Shown here: positions 1 through 12,360 of the stretch, piece after piece
How positions within the stretch are numbered: position 1 is the stretch's first letter
Layout of the letters: each line of letters opens with the position of its first letter
Assembly (NCBI RefSeq): GCF_006345805.1
Contig: NC_043006.1
Location: 52,080,001 to 52,144,000, forward strand
Length of the DNA: 64,000 nucleotides
Direction of reading: 5' to 3'
From: Octopus sinensis
Taxonomy: Eukaryota
Made by a program: the position numbers and the translations under genes
Notes under the pieces: generated by a model
Database searches by the model: none
Told to the model about the DNA's origin: nothing
The model's input: only the letters and a program-made list of their open reading frames with translations

Positions 1-419
1 ACAACAAAATACTTTTGCTTCTGCGAAAAGTCATAAAAAAAATGACACAGACATAAAAATGCAACTTCAGAGAGAAATAAACCAGCGCAGAGAGAGATAG
101 AAAAGGAGAAAGGAGAGGACAAAAAGAAAGGGAGATAACAAAGAGGGGTTGCAAGACAGGAGAGCGAGGAGCGGTAGATGTTGTTTGGGGAGTAAAATAA
201 TTAGTCATGGTTTCCTTCACAAGAAATCTATAACGAGGTGCAAAAGGAGCTAATTGGTCAAATACATGTTTGTAATTCATGTTTACTTGTCATGTGTGAA
301 TGATTTTACACCCATTCTTCACTTGCCTAATGTTATTTCTACTTGTATATGAGTTGTTGTGCTTGTTGTTTTTTTCTTGTATGTGCATGCGTGTATATCT
401 GTGTGTGTGTGTGTGTGTG

Positions 420-468
<49 letters not shown>

Positions 469-552
469 ATAATAATACTGTCCACATTCTGTACGTGTGT
501 ACATCTGTATGCGTGTGCGTGTGCGTGCAATAATAATACTGGCCACAAACAA

Positions 553-955
553 GGCGGCGAGCTGACTGAAACGTTAGTAAACCTGGCGAAAAGCTTAGCG
601 GTATTTCGTCTGCCGTTACGTTCTGAGTTCAAATTCCGCCGAGGTCGACTTTGCCTTTCATCCTTTCGGAGTCGATTAAATAAGTACTAGTTACGCACTG
701 GGGTCGATATTATCGACATAATCCGTGTGTCTGTCCTTGTTTGTCCTCTCTGTGTTTAGCCCCTTGTGGGTAGTAAAGAAATTGGTATTTCGTCTACCGT
801 TAAATTCTGAGTTCAAATTCTGCCGAGATTGACTTTGCCTTTCATCCTTTTGGGGTCTATAAATTAAGTACCAGTTACGAACTGGAGTCGATGTAATCGA
901 CTTAATCCCTTTGTCTGTCCTTGTTTGTCCTGTCTGTGTTTAGCCCCTTGTGGGC
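553..955 (+). mobile_element. tRNA-derived SINE family B, head-to-tail dimer (full unit plus 5'-truncated unit)
   Basis: GGCGGCGAGCTG head, B-box-like GAGTTCAAATTC, central GACTTTGCCTTTCATCCTTTCGG(G/A)GTCGAT-AAATAAGTAC domain. The second unit restarts at GGTATTTCGTC (~783). The same sequence recurs at 17.0, 17.3, 18.3, 24.8 and 27.1 kb. Confidence 0.85.
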
Positions 956-1164
956 ACCTTTTTGATGTAAATAATTTTTGGTCTTAACATGGTCCGATTT
1001 GATTTTTTCCTTCAACGGAATGAAGAGCAAGCTTTCTATCATACTCTCAATTTTGGTCAACTTGCGCCGCAGGGTCTCGGAGGAGATAGTGTTAGTTGAA
1101 GGCTACCAAACCTGCCACTCACACACAGACAACTTCAGCTTTATATATATAGATATAAACATAA

Positions 1165-1375
1165 GGCGGCGAGGTGGTAAAATCGTTACCACCCAGACAA
1201 AATGCTTAGAAATATTTATTTCTTCCGACTTTGCATTCTGAATTGAAACTCCCCCGAGGTTGACTTTGACTTTCATCATTTCGGGGCTGATAAAATCAGC
1301 ACCAGTCAAACACTGGGATCGATGTACTCGACTACCCACATCCTCAAATTTCAGGCCTTGTGCCTATATTAGAAT
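1165..1375 (+). mobile_element. SINE family B, diverged copy with the alternative 3' tail
   Basis: AGGCGGCGAGGTGG head, TTCTGAATTGAAACTC, GACTTTGACTTTCATCATTTCGGGG core, tail CAAATTTCAGGCCTTGTGCC. Confidence 0.7.
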
Positions 1376-2490
1376 GTATATTATATATAAATATAGCCCA
1401 CTGTATAATATATACACTTCAGTCTCAATATTCTTCTATCACAAATAGAAATATCATACGTACTCCTGTCCCTCTGTATTCGTCTACTGTATGTAAAATA
1501 ATTCATTTGAAGGTGAAGCCTATTCGGTCCAAGATCAAAGACATTGTCTCCATAACCAATTTTACCAGAGAAATTCGCAAATAAAAAAAGAACAAGTGAA
1601 AGTGGATAGAATAAACAAAATAATACTAATAATAAACGGCACCCTTCTTAGCGTTCATAGATTTTGTCTAAATTCTCTCATCACTTGGTAGAATCCTACA
1701 AGTTAGCTCCCTCATTATGTATATATCTTTTTTGACTAGCTCAAAGCGATTTTACCATCTTTTATTATCAATTGTCCTTGAATAGTAACATTGAAGGACT
1801 TCTATTACAATACTAGAACATTTCATATGCTGCAAGGTGTTTTAGGCGCATTATAGCTATTTTGTAAGAATGAGAGAGAAAGGGAAGAGACTGATTGATA
1901 TTGGATACTTTGGTGCATTCTTGAGGCAGAATATAAAAGATGATAAGATATGTAATAAGATACATGCTGTAAGGAATGGTAATACCAGTAGTTGATTCGT
2001 TTTAGTGAATAGAATGGGTTCAAGTTACAGAGGAATTAGACAATATATATAAATCAGTGTAAGATCTAAAGATAATATAAGAAATATTGCCAATCGCAGA
2101 AGCGAAGAGACAGAAAGACGCGGTCAAGGACACAGAAAGATAGTGAAGGATGAGAGAAAAACGGTATTAGGGAAGATAGCATAAGATTCGAGCCTGTGTA
2201 CTGTAAATAGTTACATAAAGATAATTTCATGAAATGATAAAGATATTAACCCTTTCTTAGTGCAGATATCAACATCATGGGTCCGTTATATAATGTCCTA
2301 TCATCAGCGCTTCTACGTAGCTTACATTATGCTATCAACAATCACCTTGATTGAGTTTCTATTCTCCCTGACCACGCTCGAAAGGTCTCTAGCCCTTGAG
2401 ACCTTTGATGCGAGCAAATTTGTTTTTCTCGGCATCAAACATAGCCTAGGTAATGTTCAAAGGTTCAAAAGTCTTCTGATAAAACTCTTT

Positions 2491-2603
<113 letters not shown>

Positions 2604-2623
2604 TACATATATGCATGCATACA

Positions 2624-2663
<40 letters not shown>

Positions 2664-4738
2664 CATGCATGTATGTATGTATGTATGTATGTATGTATAT
2701 ATGTATGTATGTATGTATGCATGTATGTATGTATGTATATATGTGTGCATGTGTATATGATTTCCGCCAGTTGATAACCGATCCGTCAGTTAGATTAATC
2801 TGTCTCAACATGTGTTGGCGACATTTGCTTTGATGCTTGCTATCTCAGGTTGAGTGTACCACAGCAATCAGTTATTTTCTATTCCTTTACACCTACTTTA
2901 ACAAGCTACTCCTTTTATCTGTCTTTATACTCTGCTATACAGATGACAGCCTCACCCTTCTTTACTATCTTTCCGCACACAGTCTCATCAATATCCAACC
3001 ATTGCAGCCTTCCTAACGAACATAAGTCTTCCATAAAGTAGAAACATTGAAAACATCCATAACTGAAGAGGCAACAATTTATTCTCTGTCCAAATATTGC
3101 TTTAAATCTACATAACCATTGATGATGTTGTTACCCCTCTCCGTTGTTAAGTAGACCAAGTACTATCGGTTCAGCATTGACAGGAATGCTTAAGGAGTTC
3201 ACAAATAGGATAAGTGGCAACACAAAGAGGCGACCTCTTGAAATATGCATGTAAAATATCTAGTTCAGTTTATTAACACAGTTGTTATTGCAGTTTAGAT
3301 TCAGGTCAGCCTTGATAGGGCATATCAATTATTAAAGGCGTTCAAGCTATGACTCTATTATCCAGTGCAGGCTGCGTTTTTAGCTGCCATTCCTAAGCAG
3401 GAGGCGCACAACCTTATAGAGGAACTCTGTATGTTTGCTTTTATCTTCTTTGATGAAACGGAAACTAGAATAACAACCTAAACTACTAAATAAAATGACA
3501 AAATAAATAATTGTCAAAGCATTGTGTAATTAATAAGGATATCTCTTTCATTTGATTGAAACACCGAAACAAATGTGTCACTGATGTGGTCTAATAATAC
3601 CGAAACATGTCCATAGTTACCAAAAATCAAACTCACTTCTCGTTGCAATTCACCATTCAATATCTGGCCAATCGGGATCTCAGAAGAATCTTTATTTCCT
3701 AATAAATTCGTCTGACTAACAAGCCTTAGAGCTTTTTTAATATAATGACCAGAGTTATACACCAGTGGATCGTCGATCTCGCTGATTTATCGGGTACAAC
3801 TAATGCATATCAACTTTTCTCTAGTTACGCTTACAGAACAAACGACTGGTGAATGCTTACAGTGTAAACACTTCCTACAATGGGAATTAGGTCGTTTGAG
3901 AGTTAAATGTCTTTTTTGCCTTTAATATTTTAGTCAAAAGAAAGAGCAGTCTATGACACTTTTCATGGTCTCTGAAACTAACGGTGGGGAGAGGAAACTA
4001 CCCTCAAATAAGAGATTTTGCCTAAATACTTACAATAAAATTGACTTTATGAAGGTACCCAACGGCAAGGTGATGAAACTAAACTCGACGACTGATTAAT
4101 TCTATTACTCAGGAAAAGTATGGTCCCCCCGACGATCTTCTATAAATCTTTCAAACAATTTCTGTGTGTCAAATTAAATTCAGAAAACCGATTAACATAG
4201 ACGACATTTGAGAAAGCTGTTATGAAGTAAGATCGAACCTAAATATGCGTAATTTCAAAGTGAGCGTCTCAACCACAAATTCATGTCAGCACCGCAAGCA
4301 TAAAATAGTGATGTTAACATGATACTAACTACTGAATTCTTTTTACCTGATAGTCTTGTATTGCTTATATTATTTCAACAATCCATAGACGAATATATCC
4401 ATAATAAAGACAATATGACTTTGTCTAGTGAATGTTAGAACGATCAGAAACTGACACACATATGAAGAATGGTGTTCTTATGTATCGTTCCTTATGGCTC
4501 AGGTTCCAGTTACTCAGCAAAAAGTCAGTATGAGTAGAATCCACTGGATGTCAATGCTTGACAAACAACATTTTATTCGGTAATTAACACGAATATTCGC
4601 TAGGTACAGAATGCTTAGGATTCTGTTCAAATCAGGGAACAAATCATAATTCAGTACTATATTTAAGAGATGAGGAATTATGTACATTATTTACATTATT
4701 TACATTTGACGGATATTTGTCCTCTCTTGTTTGTTGTT

Positions 4739-4784
4739 AACACAACGTTTCGGCTGATATACCCTCCAGCCTTCATCAGGTGTC
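4739..4784 (-). ncRNA. Minimal type-I hammerhead ribozyme motif (Penelope-associated type)
   Basis: Minus strand reads GACAC CTGATGA A GGCTG gagggtatat CAGCC GAAA C GTT GTGTT: stem I GACAC/GTGTT, intact core, 5-bp stem II, self-complementary AACGTT in place of stem III. Confidence 0.7.
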
Positions 4785-4867
4785 TTGGGGAAATTTCAAA
4801 CCTGGGTTCTCATTCCTAAGGTATTTTTCGATATTGTTATTATTATTATTATTATTATTATCATTCA

Positions 4868-4940
4868 GGCATATGGCGTAGTGGTTAAGAGCACGGGCTA
4901 CTAACCCCAAGATTCCGAGTTCGATTCCAGGTAGTAACCT
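4868..4940 (+). promoter_or_regulatory. tRNA-derived internal Pol III promoter (A and B boxes); resembles tRNA-Ser(GCU) without the long variable arm
   Basis: A box TGGCGTAGTGG 4874-4884; anticodon-like arm GGG-CTACTAA-CCC 4895-4907 (the Ser-GCU loop is CTGCTAA); B box GTTCGATTC 4919-4927. No proper acceptor stem, so not a functional tRNA. Confidence 0.75.
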
Positions 4941-4957
4941 GAATAATAATAATAATA

Positions 4958-5005
<48 letters not shown>

Positions 5006-5066
5006 CAACAACAGCAACATCGAAAAATACCTTAGGAATGAGAACCCAGGTTCGAAATTTCCCCAA

Positions 5067-5112
5067 GATACCTGATGAAGGCTGGAGGGTATATCAGCCG
5101 AAACGTTGTGTT
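5067..5112 (+). ncRNA. Minimal type-I hammerhead ribozyme motif (Penelope-associated type)
   Basis: GATAC CTGATGA(5072-5078) A GGCTG gagggtatat CAGCC GAAA(5100-5103) C GTT GTGTT; predicted cleavage after U5107. Confidence 0.7.
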
Positions 5113-5922
5113 AACAACAAACAAGATGAGGACAAATATCGTCAAATGTAACTAATGTAAATAAAGTCATAATTGATTTGGATTATAGGGACGTTACTGA
5201 ATCAATACAGGATAAACAAAGTGTGTGTTCTCAATGCTCATTCCGGGTCTACAGGCTATTGGGGCTAGCGATAAAGCTATTTTATAACAAGAATGCATTC
5301 ACAATAACTTGTAAATCGACACCTTATCGTCTTGAGCAGCTACAATTCTCAAGGTGTTTGATAGAACAATGCAGAAGGGTAATGCCAGTACATCCTTTGA
5401 TATGGTCGAATGTTAATGGTAGCAGTGAGTGGGGGAACGTGCTAGGGGTACGAAGGAATTGATAAACTAGCAGATGATATTAAGGGGAACACTAACAGTG
5501 GAAGGTGGGGAAACTGTAATACAGTAAATCTGATTCTATATCAGTTTCATGACATACATATATTCAGGTTTGATGCTATTTACAGCACTTAGTGATTTAC
5601 CCAGCTTATGTTACATTAATCGACACAGGAGAGGGCTTCTCTTATCTATTTCTCTCACTCGTGCTACTCTCAATTGCGGGATATCATTCAGAAATAAATA
5701 AATATAACATAATTGATAAAAAAGAAAGAAAGATAGAAATAAACATTTGGACAAGTTATATAACTAACTGCAGAAGTCTGCTGTTGTTTTTTTTTTTTTC
5801 ACTGACGGTCGTGGTAGCGGTGATACTGCTGCTGAAGAAACAACCACGAAGACGCTGTCCATTGCTGTAGAAGACGTGCAAAGCTGAATTTTCAGTGTAC
5901 ATAATAGTATTTTTGGGGTGGT

Positions 5923-6145
5923 TTTATTCTTTTACTCTTTTACTCATTTACTTGTTTCAGTCATTTGTCTGCGGCCGTGCTGGAGCACCGCCTTTAGTCG
6001 AGCAAATCGACCCCAGAACTTATTCTTTGTAAGCCTAGTACTTATTCTATCGGTCTATTTTAGCGAACTGCTACGTTATGGGGACGTAAACACGTCAACA
6101 TCGGTTGACAAGTGATGGTGGTGCTGGTGGGGGACGAACACAGAT

Positions 6146-6150
<5 letters not shown>
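5923..6150 (-). mobile_element. SINE family A, 3' half
   Basis: Reverse complement of the family tail ...AAAGGCGGTGCTCCAGCA(C/T)GGCCGCAG-CAAATGACTGAAACAAGTAAA... Confidence 0.85.
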
Positions 6151-6210
<60 letters not shown>

Positions 6211-6387
6211 TCCATACACAAAGATGCACACGTGAGTATGCACACATACATGTATATAAATATATATGCACCCATACACATAGACACATACAGATATATA
6301 TATTATATATACATATATATATATATATTATATATATATATATATATATACATATATACATATATATATGTGTGTGTGTGTGTGTAT

Positions 6388-6551
6388 AGGCGCAGGAGTG
6401 GCTGTGTGGGAAAAGTTTGTTTTCCTAGGCACAGGGCTCTGAGTTCAGTCCCACTGCATAGCACTTTGGGCAAGTGTCTTCTAATATAGCCTCGGGCCAA
6501 CCAAAACCTTCTAAGTGGATTTGGTGGACGGAAACTGAAAGAATCCCGTCG

Positions 6552-6602
<51 letters not shown>

Positions 6603-6880
6603 ATGTGTGTGTGTGTGTATGTATATATGTATATATGTATATTTGTCTGTATGTATGTATTTGTGTGTCCGTGTTTGTCGTCCCCCCACCCAGCACCATC
6701 ATCGCTCGACAACCGTCGTTGGTGTGTTTACGTCCCTGTAATCTAGCAGTTCGGCCAAAAAGACCGATAGAATAAGTACTAGGCTTACAAAGAATAAGTC
6801 CTTGGGTCTTCGACTAACACCCTTTAAGCGGTGCTCCAGCATGGCAACAGTCAAATGACTGAAACAAAAGAATAAACGAA
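6388..6880 (+). mobile_element. SINE family A (tRNA head, CORE-like GGGCAAGT domain, internal microsatellite, CR1-like tail), full length
   Basis: AGGCGCAGGAGTGGCTGTGTGG head, GAGTTCAGTCCC B box, CACTTTGGGCAAGTGTCTTC, (TA)n(TG)n insert, tail GCGGTGCTCCAGCATGGCAACAGTCAAATGACTGAAAC. Confidence 0.85.
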
Positions 6881-6949
6881 AATAATACATATATATATAT
6901 ATATATATGTATTCTTTTCGTTTATATATACTATGTACTATATATGTAT

Positions 6950-7338
6950 AGGTGTGTATAGTTGTGTGGTAAGTAGCTTGCTTAGAAACCACATGTTTCC
7001 GGGTTCAGCCCCGCTACATGGCACCTTAGGCAAGTGTCTTCTGCTATAGCCTCGGGCCAACCAAAGCCTTGTGAGTGGATTTGATAGACGGAAACTGAAA
7101 GAAGCCCGTTATTTATATGTTTGTGTGTCTGTGTTTGTACCCCCACCATCGCTTGACAACCGAAGTTGGTGTATTTGCGTCCCCGTAAACCAGCGGTTCG
7201 ACAAAAAGGGACCGATCGAATAAGTACTAGACTTACAAAGAATAAGTTCTGGGGTCAATTTGTTCGGCTAAATGCGGCGCTCCAGCATGGCCGCACTCAA
7301 ATGACTGAAACAAGTAAAAGAACAATAGCATAAAAGAA
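6950..7338 (+). mobile_element. SINE family A, full length
   Basis: Same head, core and tail as the copy at 6388, with a shorter internal microsatellite. Confidence 0.85.
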
Positions 7339-7340
7339 TA

Positions 7341-8080
7341 CCAGCGGCGACTTCAGTACCCGGGCTGTTCGAACTTATTCCAAGTATAAATTTAGTAAAG
7401 TGAACGTGTATTTGCAACACTGACTTCAAATATGTAATTGCAGCCAATAATTCTGGCTCCTTTTATTTTCATTTAGCGTCTGGCAGTCGTCTTTAGGGGT
7501 GCCCTGTGTCAAAAAATATCATTCATAGCAGACGTTCTCTCGACATTGTTCAGACGCGCCTGACTCGGGCTTAGAAGTTACAGCCCGAGTTGTTATCAAT
7601 AATCAAAAAAATTAAAAGAAATTCGAATTGAATGTTTTCTTGAAACAGTAAATTTGTATAGAGATTAGAATTTAAATTGCAATCTATGGAAAGTTTCCCT
7701 TCTACAATATTCTTAAAGGAACGAAAAATTATCAAGCAACTCGAGTTAATACGAACGAGCCTGGTGAGTGTAAAAGACTAAGTGGCAGCTCTTGTCAAGG
7801 GATGACAGTCAGATCGGTGATGTTTGCTGAGCACTCTGCTGTCCTCGTTTCATTGTTGTTATTCTGTGTCTCTGTGTGTACAGATCAGTTGTGTCTTGCT
7901 GGGTTGCTTTATTTTTAGCCTTAACTTAGAAATGTAGAAAGACATAGCGCTAGATATGAAAAACAAGCCATTTGGAGCTAGAAATAAAGCGGAAAAACGT
8001 GAAATTTTCGAGTAGGCATGTGTTTTATCCGAAATCTATGACGAACCCGGGTGCCGCTGTTGACCTGAAGTCGCCTCTGG
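7341..8080. mobile_element. Non-autonomous DNA transposon (MITE) with 16-bp TIRs and TA flanks (Tc1/mariner-superfamily-like)
   Basis: CCAGCGGCGACTTCAG (7341-7356) versus CTGAAGTCGCCTCTGG (8065-8080), 15/16 inverted match, TA on both sides, subterminal CCCGGG at both ends. Confidence 0.6.
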
Positions 8081-8122
<42 letters not shown>

Positions 8123-8859
8123 CGTGTGTGTGTGTGTGTTTACATACATACACACATATATACCCAACTGTCTATCTATACATATATACACTTGTATATA
8201 TGTACACGTACACACAGAGTTGGTTAAGTAAGAGAGTTTAGACGATATGACAGACAATGGCCGAATATATGAACTGATGTCTTTTCGACAGAGGAGTCGT
8301 CAGCTCATATCTTAATGAGATATATCTGGAGCCGGGTACCTTGCACTAACTGAACCCGTTTACCTAGCGCACAGGTAAAACAGTCAATGAGGTAAAGAAA
8401 AAAAAAGAAGATATTAGATTGTGAAAGCTAAATAGAATTTGCCAAACTAAATGTTCTAAATCCTTTAGGTTTGCGAGAGTGGGAAGACTGAACAATCCCA
8501 GGGTAGAAACAATTTAACGTTCCATAGTGGTTCTCTGTGATGACTGAATGAAAGCACTGCATGAATTATTTACAAATCGTAACTGATCCAAATAAAAAAA
8601 AATAAAATAAAATAAAATAAAATAAAATAATAATAATAATAGACTGGCAATAATAACTAAGATAACAACAACGGTAACATGAAGAACCACAAATATCATA
8701 ACAACAGTAAAAAAAAAAAGATTAAAAAAAACAATAAAGAAAGAAGTATTTGTTGCTGTGTACTTTTAAAGCGTCGACAAAGATTACCAAACTCTGCTAC
8801 GACTGATGTAGATACTATTATCACTGACAAACCAGAGCAGGAGATCCACAGATGCTTTC

Positions 8860-9300
8860 AATTATCGAAGACTTTGATGGTGGTGGTAATGCCGATGCTG
8901 ATGACGATGCTGCTGCTGCTGCTGATGATGATGATAATTTGGAAGAGGAGGATGACGGCGGCGGCAGCTGCAATGTCGATATCGGTGGTGGTTGTAGTGG
9001 TAGCAGTTGGGGGTGGGGTGGGGTGGTGGTTGTGGTGGTGGTGGTGGTAGTGGTGGTGGTGGTGGTTTTGGTGATTGGTGGTGGTGGTGGTGGTGATGAG
9101 AATAATGGTGATGAGGAGAAGGAGGAGGAAGAGGGGCAGGAAGAAGAAGTGAGAAGGAGGAGAAGGATGATGTTGATAATGATGACGATCACGGCGATGA
9201 CGATGATGACTTTGAAGATGATGGTGATGATGATGTGTTGGAGAATGGTATGAATGATGATGATGACGATGATGATGATGATGATGATGATGATGGCGAC

Positions 9301-9353
<53 letters not shown>

Positions 9354-9383
9354 CGACGACGACGACGATGATGACGATGATGG

Positions 9384-9421
<38 letters not shown>

Positions 9422-9535
9422 TTGACGATGATGAGGTGGAGGTGGCGAGAAAGACGAATAGAGTGGTAGTGGATGTTGTGAGGGTGCTGGTGATGGTGGT
9501 GGTGGTGGTGGTGATGGTGGTGGTGTTGGCTGTGG
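8860..9535. repeat. Compound trinucleotide repeat (GCT/GGT/GAG/GAT/GAC)n
   Basis: Long (GAT)n, (GAC)n and (GGT)n tracts give poly-D, poly-H and poly-M ORFs in all frames with no domain content. Confidence 0.9.
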
Positions 9536-9888
9536 TTCTTCACGTAAGACTAATACATGGATTAAAAGATTCAAAAGAAGTGAAACGGCTATCTGTGACG
9601 TCAGACTATGTGAGATTACCACATTTGTCTAAAATCTGCTATCACAAGCATTAACTATATTTTGTTCGACCAAACTGACCACAGCAAGGAATATACACGA
9701 GAGGGCAATCAGTTTCGATACTGAAGCCAAAATAGTGTGTAGATGTGTGTAAGCATATACGCATGTGTGCATGCGTGTCTGTGCCTGTACACACACACAC
9801 ACACACACACACACAGAAGGAGGACAGAAGTGGTTGAAATAGGAGTGAGAGAGTTTAGTCGATTTGATTGGTAATAGCCGAATATACA

Positions 9889-9919
<31 letters not shown>

Positions 9920-9991
9920 ATGTATAATATAATATAAAAAATATATAAATATATGCATATATACATACATATATGTACATACCTACATATA

Positions 9992-10067
<76 letters not shown>

Positions 10068-10072
<5 letters not shown>

Positions 10073-10930
10073 GCATATATGGGTACAGGGCCTAAGAAAA
10101 ACGTTGAACCACAATGAGAAACGAAAACATAAAGACAAAAACATAGAAAATGAACTTTTTTCGAACAACGAAAAAAAACCCCAGAGAAACGAGACAAGCA
10201 ACATTAAGAATATTCTCCTTCATCAGTTGTCCCTGTTTCATCTACTCCGCGTTATACATGTATGTATTGTGCAGATTTGTATGTTTTGCTTTATGTCTGT
10301 ATTCTCATGCATATAGTTGCATATCTAATCATGCTCATATCGAATTGGATAAATTTGTTGTTGCTCATATATATTCAAATGATAAACTTCTGGAAAGTTT
10401 TGCAGACTTTTACAGTTCCATTGATGGATTGGGTCTGCTGTCTTTGAATTAGCTTTCTCTTTTCTGGTTTTGAGAAGCCTAATTTCTCAAGATTGGTATT
10501 TAGGCAGTATGTCTGTCTGTCTGTCTGTCTGTCTGTATGTATGTATGTATGTATGTATGTATGTATGTATGTATGTATGCATGTATGTATGTATGTCATC
10601 ATTCAGTTTATTTCAAGATTTCTTGCCAATAGAGAGAGAACCGGTTTCTTACCTAGATCTAAGTTTCCTTCAATGGAATTTCAACATCAACAAAGGGTAT
10701 GTATGTATGTATGTATGTATGTATGTATGTATGTATGTATGTATGTATGCATGTATGTATGTATGCATGTATGTGCAGATTTGTATGTTTTATGTATGTA
10801 TTCTCATGCATATAGTTGAATATCTATACATGCTCATATATATTTAAATGATAAACTTCTGAAAAGTTTTACAAATTTTTACAGTTCCAGTGATTTTTTT
10901 ACAGTTCCAAGATTGGTATTTAGGCAGTAT
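10068..10930. repeat. Dispersed repeat family starting ATGCATATATGGGTACAGG (possible Penelope-type terminal repeat) plus a local duplication
   Basis: Homologous starts at ~33001 and ~62540. The segment 10258-10510 is re-copied with deletions at ~10770-10930. Confidence 0.6.
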
Positions 10931-12045
10931 GGTATGGATTAGGGTTACGGTTAGGGTTAGGTACGTACGTATGCATGTGCACCGAAATTCGCTAACGACT
11001 ATGACCTGGTAGCACGTGCATTATTCTTGCTAATAGCTTTGGCTACCTATGAAGTCGTGAGCCGCCAGAGACACCCTCTCGGCTCTGCCGTTGTTCTACT
11101 CAGCAGATGATCAATAACGTGGCAAGTGGAAGAAAATACTGCACTAGCACACGGCTGATAATCGCATTTTAACCGAGAAGACCGGAGTATATGTTGGTTC
11201 TAATCGCACACACACATATACAACATACACACAGTTACTCTAGCGCAGGCAGGATGAGCGTGTGGTTAAGCAGATCCATGTCAGCATTCATTCACATAAA
11301 TATATACTTAATACTGTGCAACCTCCCTCTACAGAGAGAGAGAGAGAAGAACCGGTAGAGATAACAAGTCAGAAGAAAGAGGCTGGTTGTATGGAAATGC
11401 TTTCAGACCATTCTCCAACACATTCATCTTTTTGTTGGAGTCAGTTAATTACCAAGGAATACTATCGACATATCTTGGAATTATAATTATAAAACTACGT
11501 CTATCTATATGTATGTATGTATTATGTATGCATGCTTGTGTGTATTTGTGGGTGTGTGTGTGTGCTGCGTGTATGTGTATATTTATGTATTCACGGTTAA
11601 AGAGATTGGATGCTACATTTAATCTGAACAAAAGTGTTATTTTAAACCACAAAAATAATGTTATAAAGATATAAATGCAGGCAATGTGTTCAAGTGTTCG
11701 AATGACTCCCATATAAAGTCTAAACTAATATCTAATGCTTATATATATTTCGCAATACTTTCTTATTCTTCCAAATTAGCAGATTCAAAACGGTGTACAT
11801 TTAATATTTTAGAGGCTACGACATCATACGCATCATTGCATGAGCACTAAATAGGTGCGTGGGAAGCTGAGTAAAAGTTTTGTGTGCACTTATGGTGCTG
11901 TACAACAGTTACCACTTATATTATAGAAATTGTGTAAATATTGTTTTTCTGTTCTAATTCAAAGGCACAATTATCAGCAAGATGCAATACACAGAAAACG
12001 AAATGTCTACACATACACGTTAGCACACCTCTTTCTCTCTCTGTC

Positions 12046-12099
<54 letters not shown>

Positions 12100-12161
12100 C
12101 ACACACACACACACACAACACACACACGCACGCTCATACATACATACATACATACATGCAT

Positions 12162-12193
<32 letters not shown>

Positions 12194-12219
12194 TTATAAA
12201 TCGCAGTATGCGTGTGTAT

Positions 12220-12360
12220 AATAACTAAGGCATACATTTCCACAATTCTCAACCGATTTTCTCCAAATTTTACATGCACATTACTTATGTCCCAAGGATG
12301 GCCATGCGCTATAACATTTTGCCTAGAACTCCCGCGTAAATGGACGTAAATGGGCATAGT
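12220..12360. mobile_element. Helitron/Helentron-associated (HINE-like) fragment
   Basis: TCTCAACCGATTTTCTCCAAATTTTACATGCAC resembles the conserved motif of non-autonomous Helitron-like elements. Confidence 0.35.

Larger units (their letters stand above)
4687..5164. mobile_element. Palindromic SINE-like element: inverted arms around a tRNA-like head, each arm carrying a hammerhead motif
   Basis: 4687-4869 is the reverse complement of 4938-5164 apart from length variation in the (TAT)n/(AAT)n tract. The loop 4870-4937 is tRNA-like. Confidence 0.85.

Noticed and set aside
4868-4940. Functional tRNA-Ser gene
   Set aside because: No acceptor stem or long variable arm, altered anticodon loop and no terminator; treated as a SINE head.
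8821-9654. Long poly-Asp, poly-His and poly-Ile ORFs (up to 254 aa)
   Set aside because: A compound trinucleotide repeat open on both strands, with no domain or credible splice context. An acidic biomineralisation-type protein was considered but has no support.
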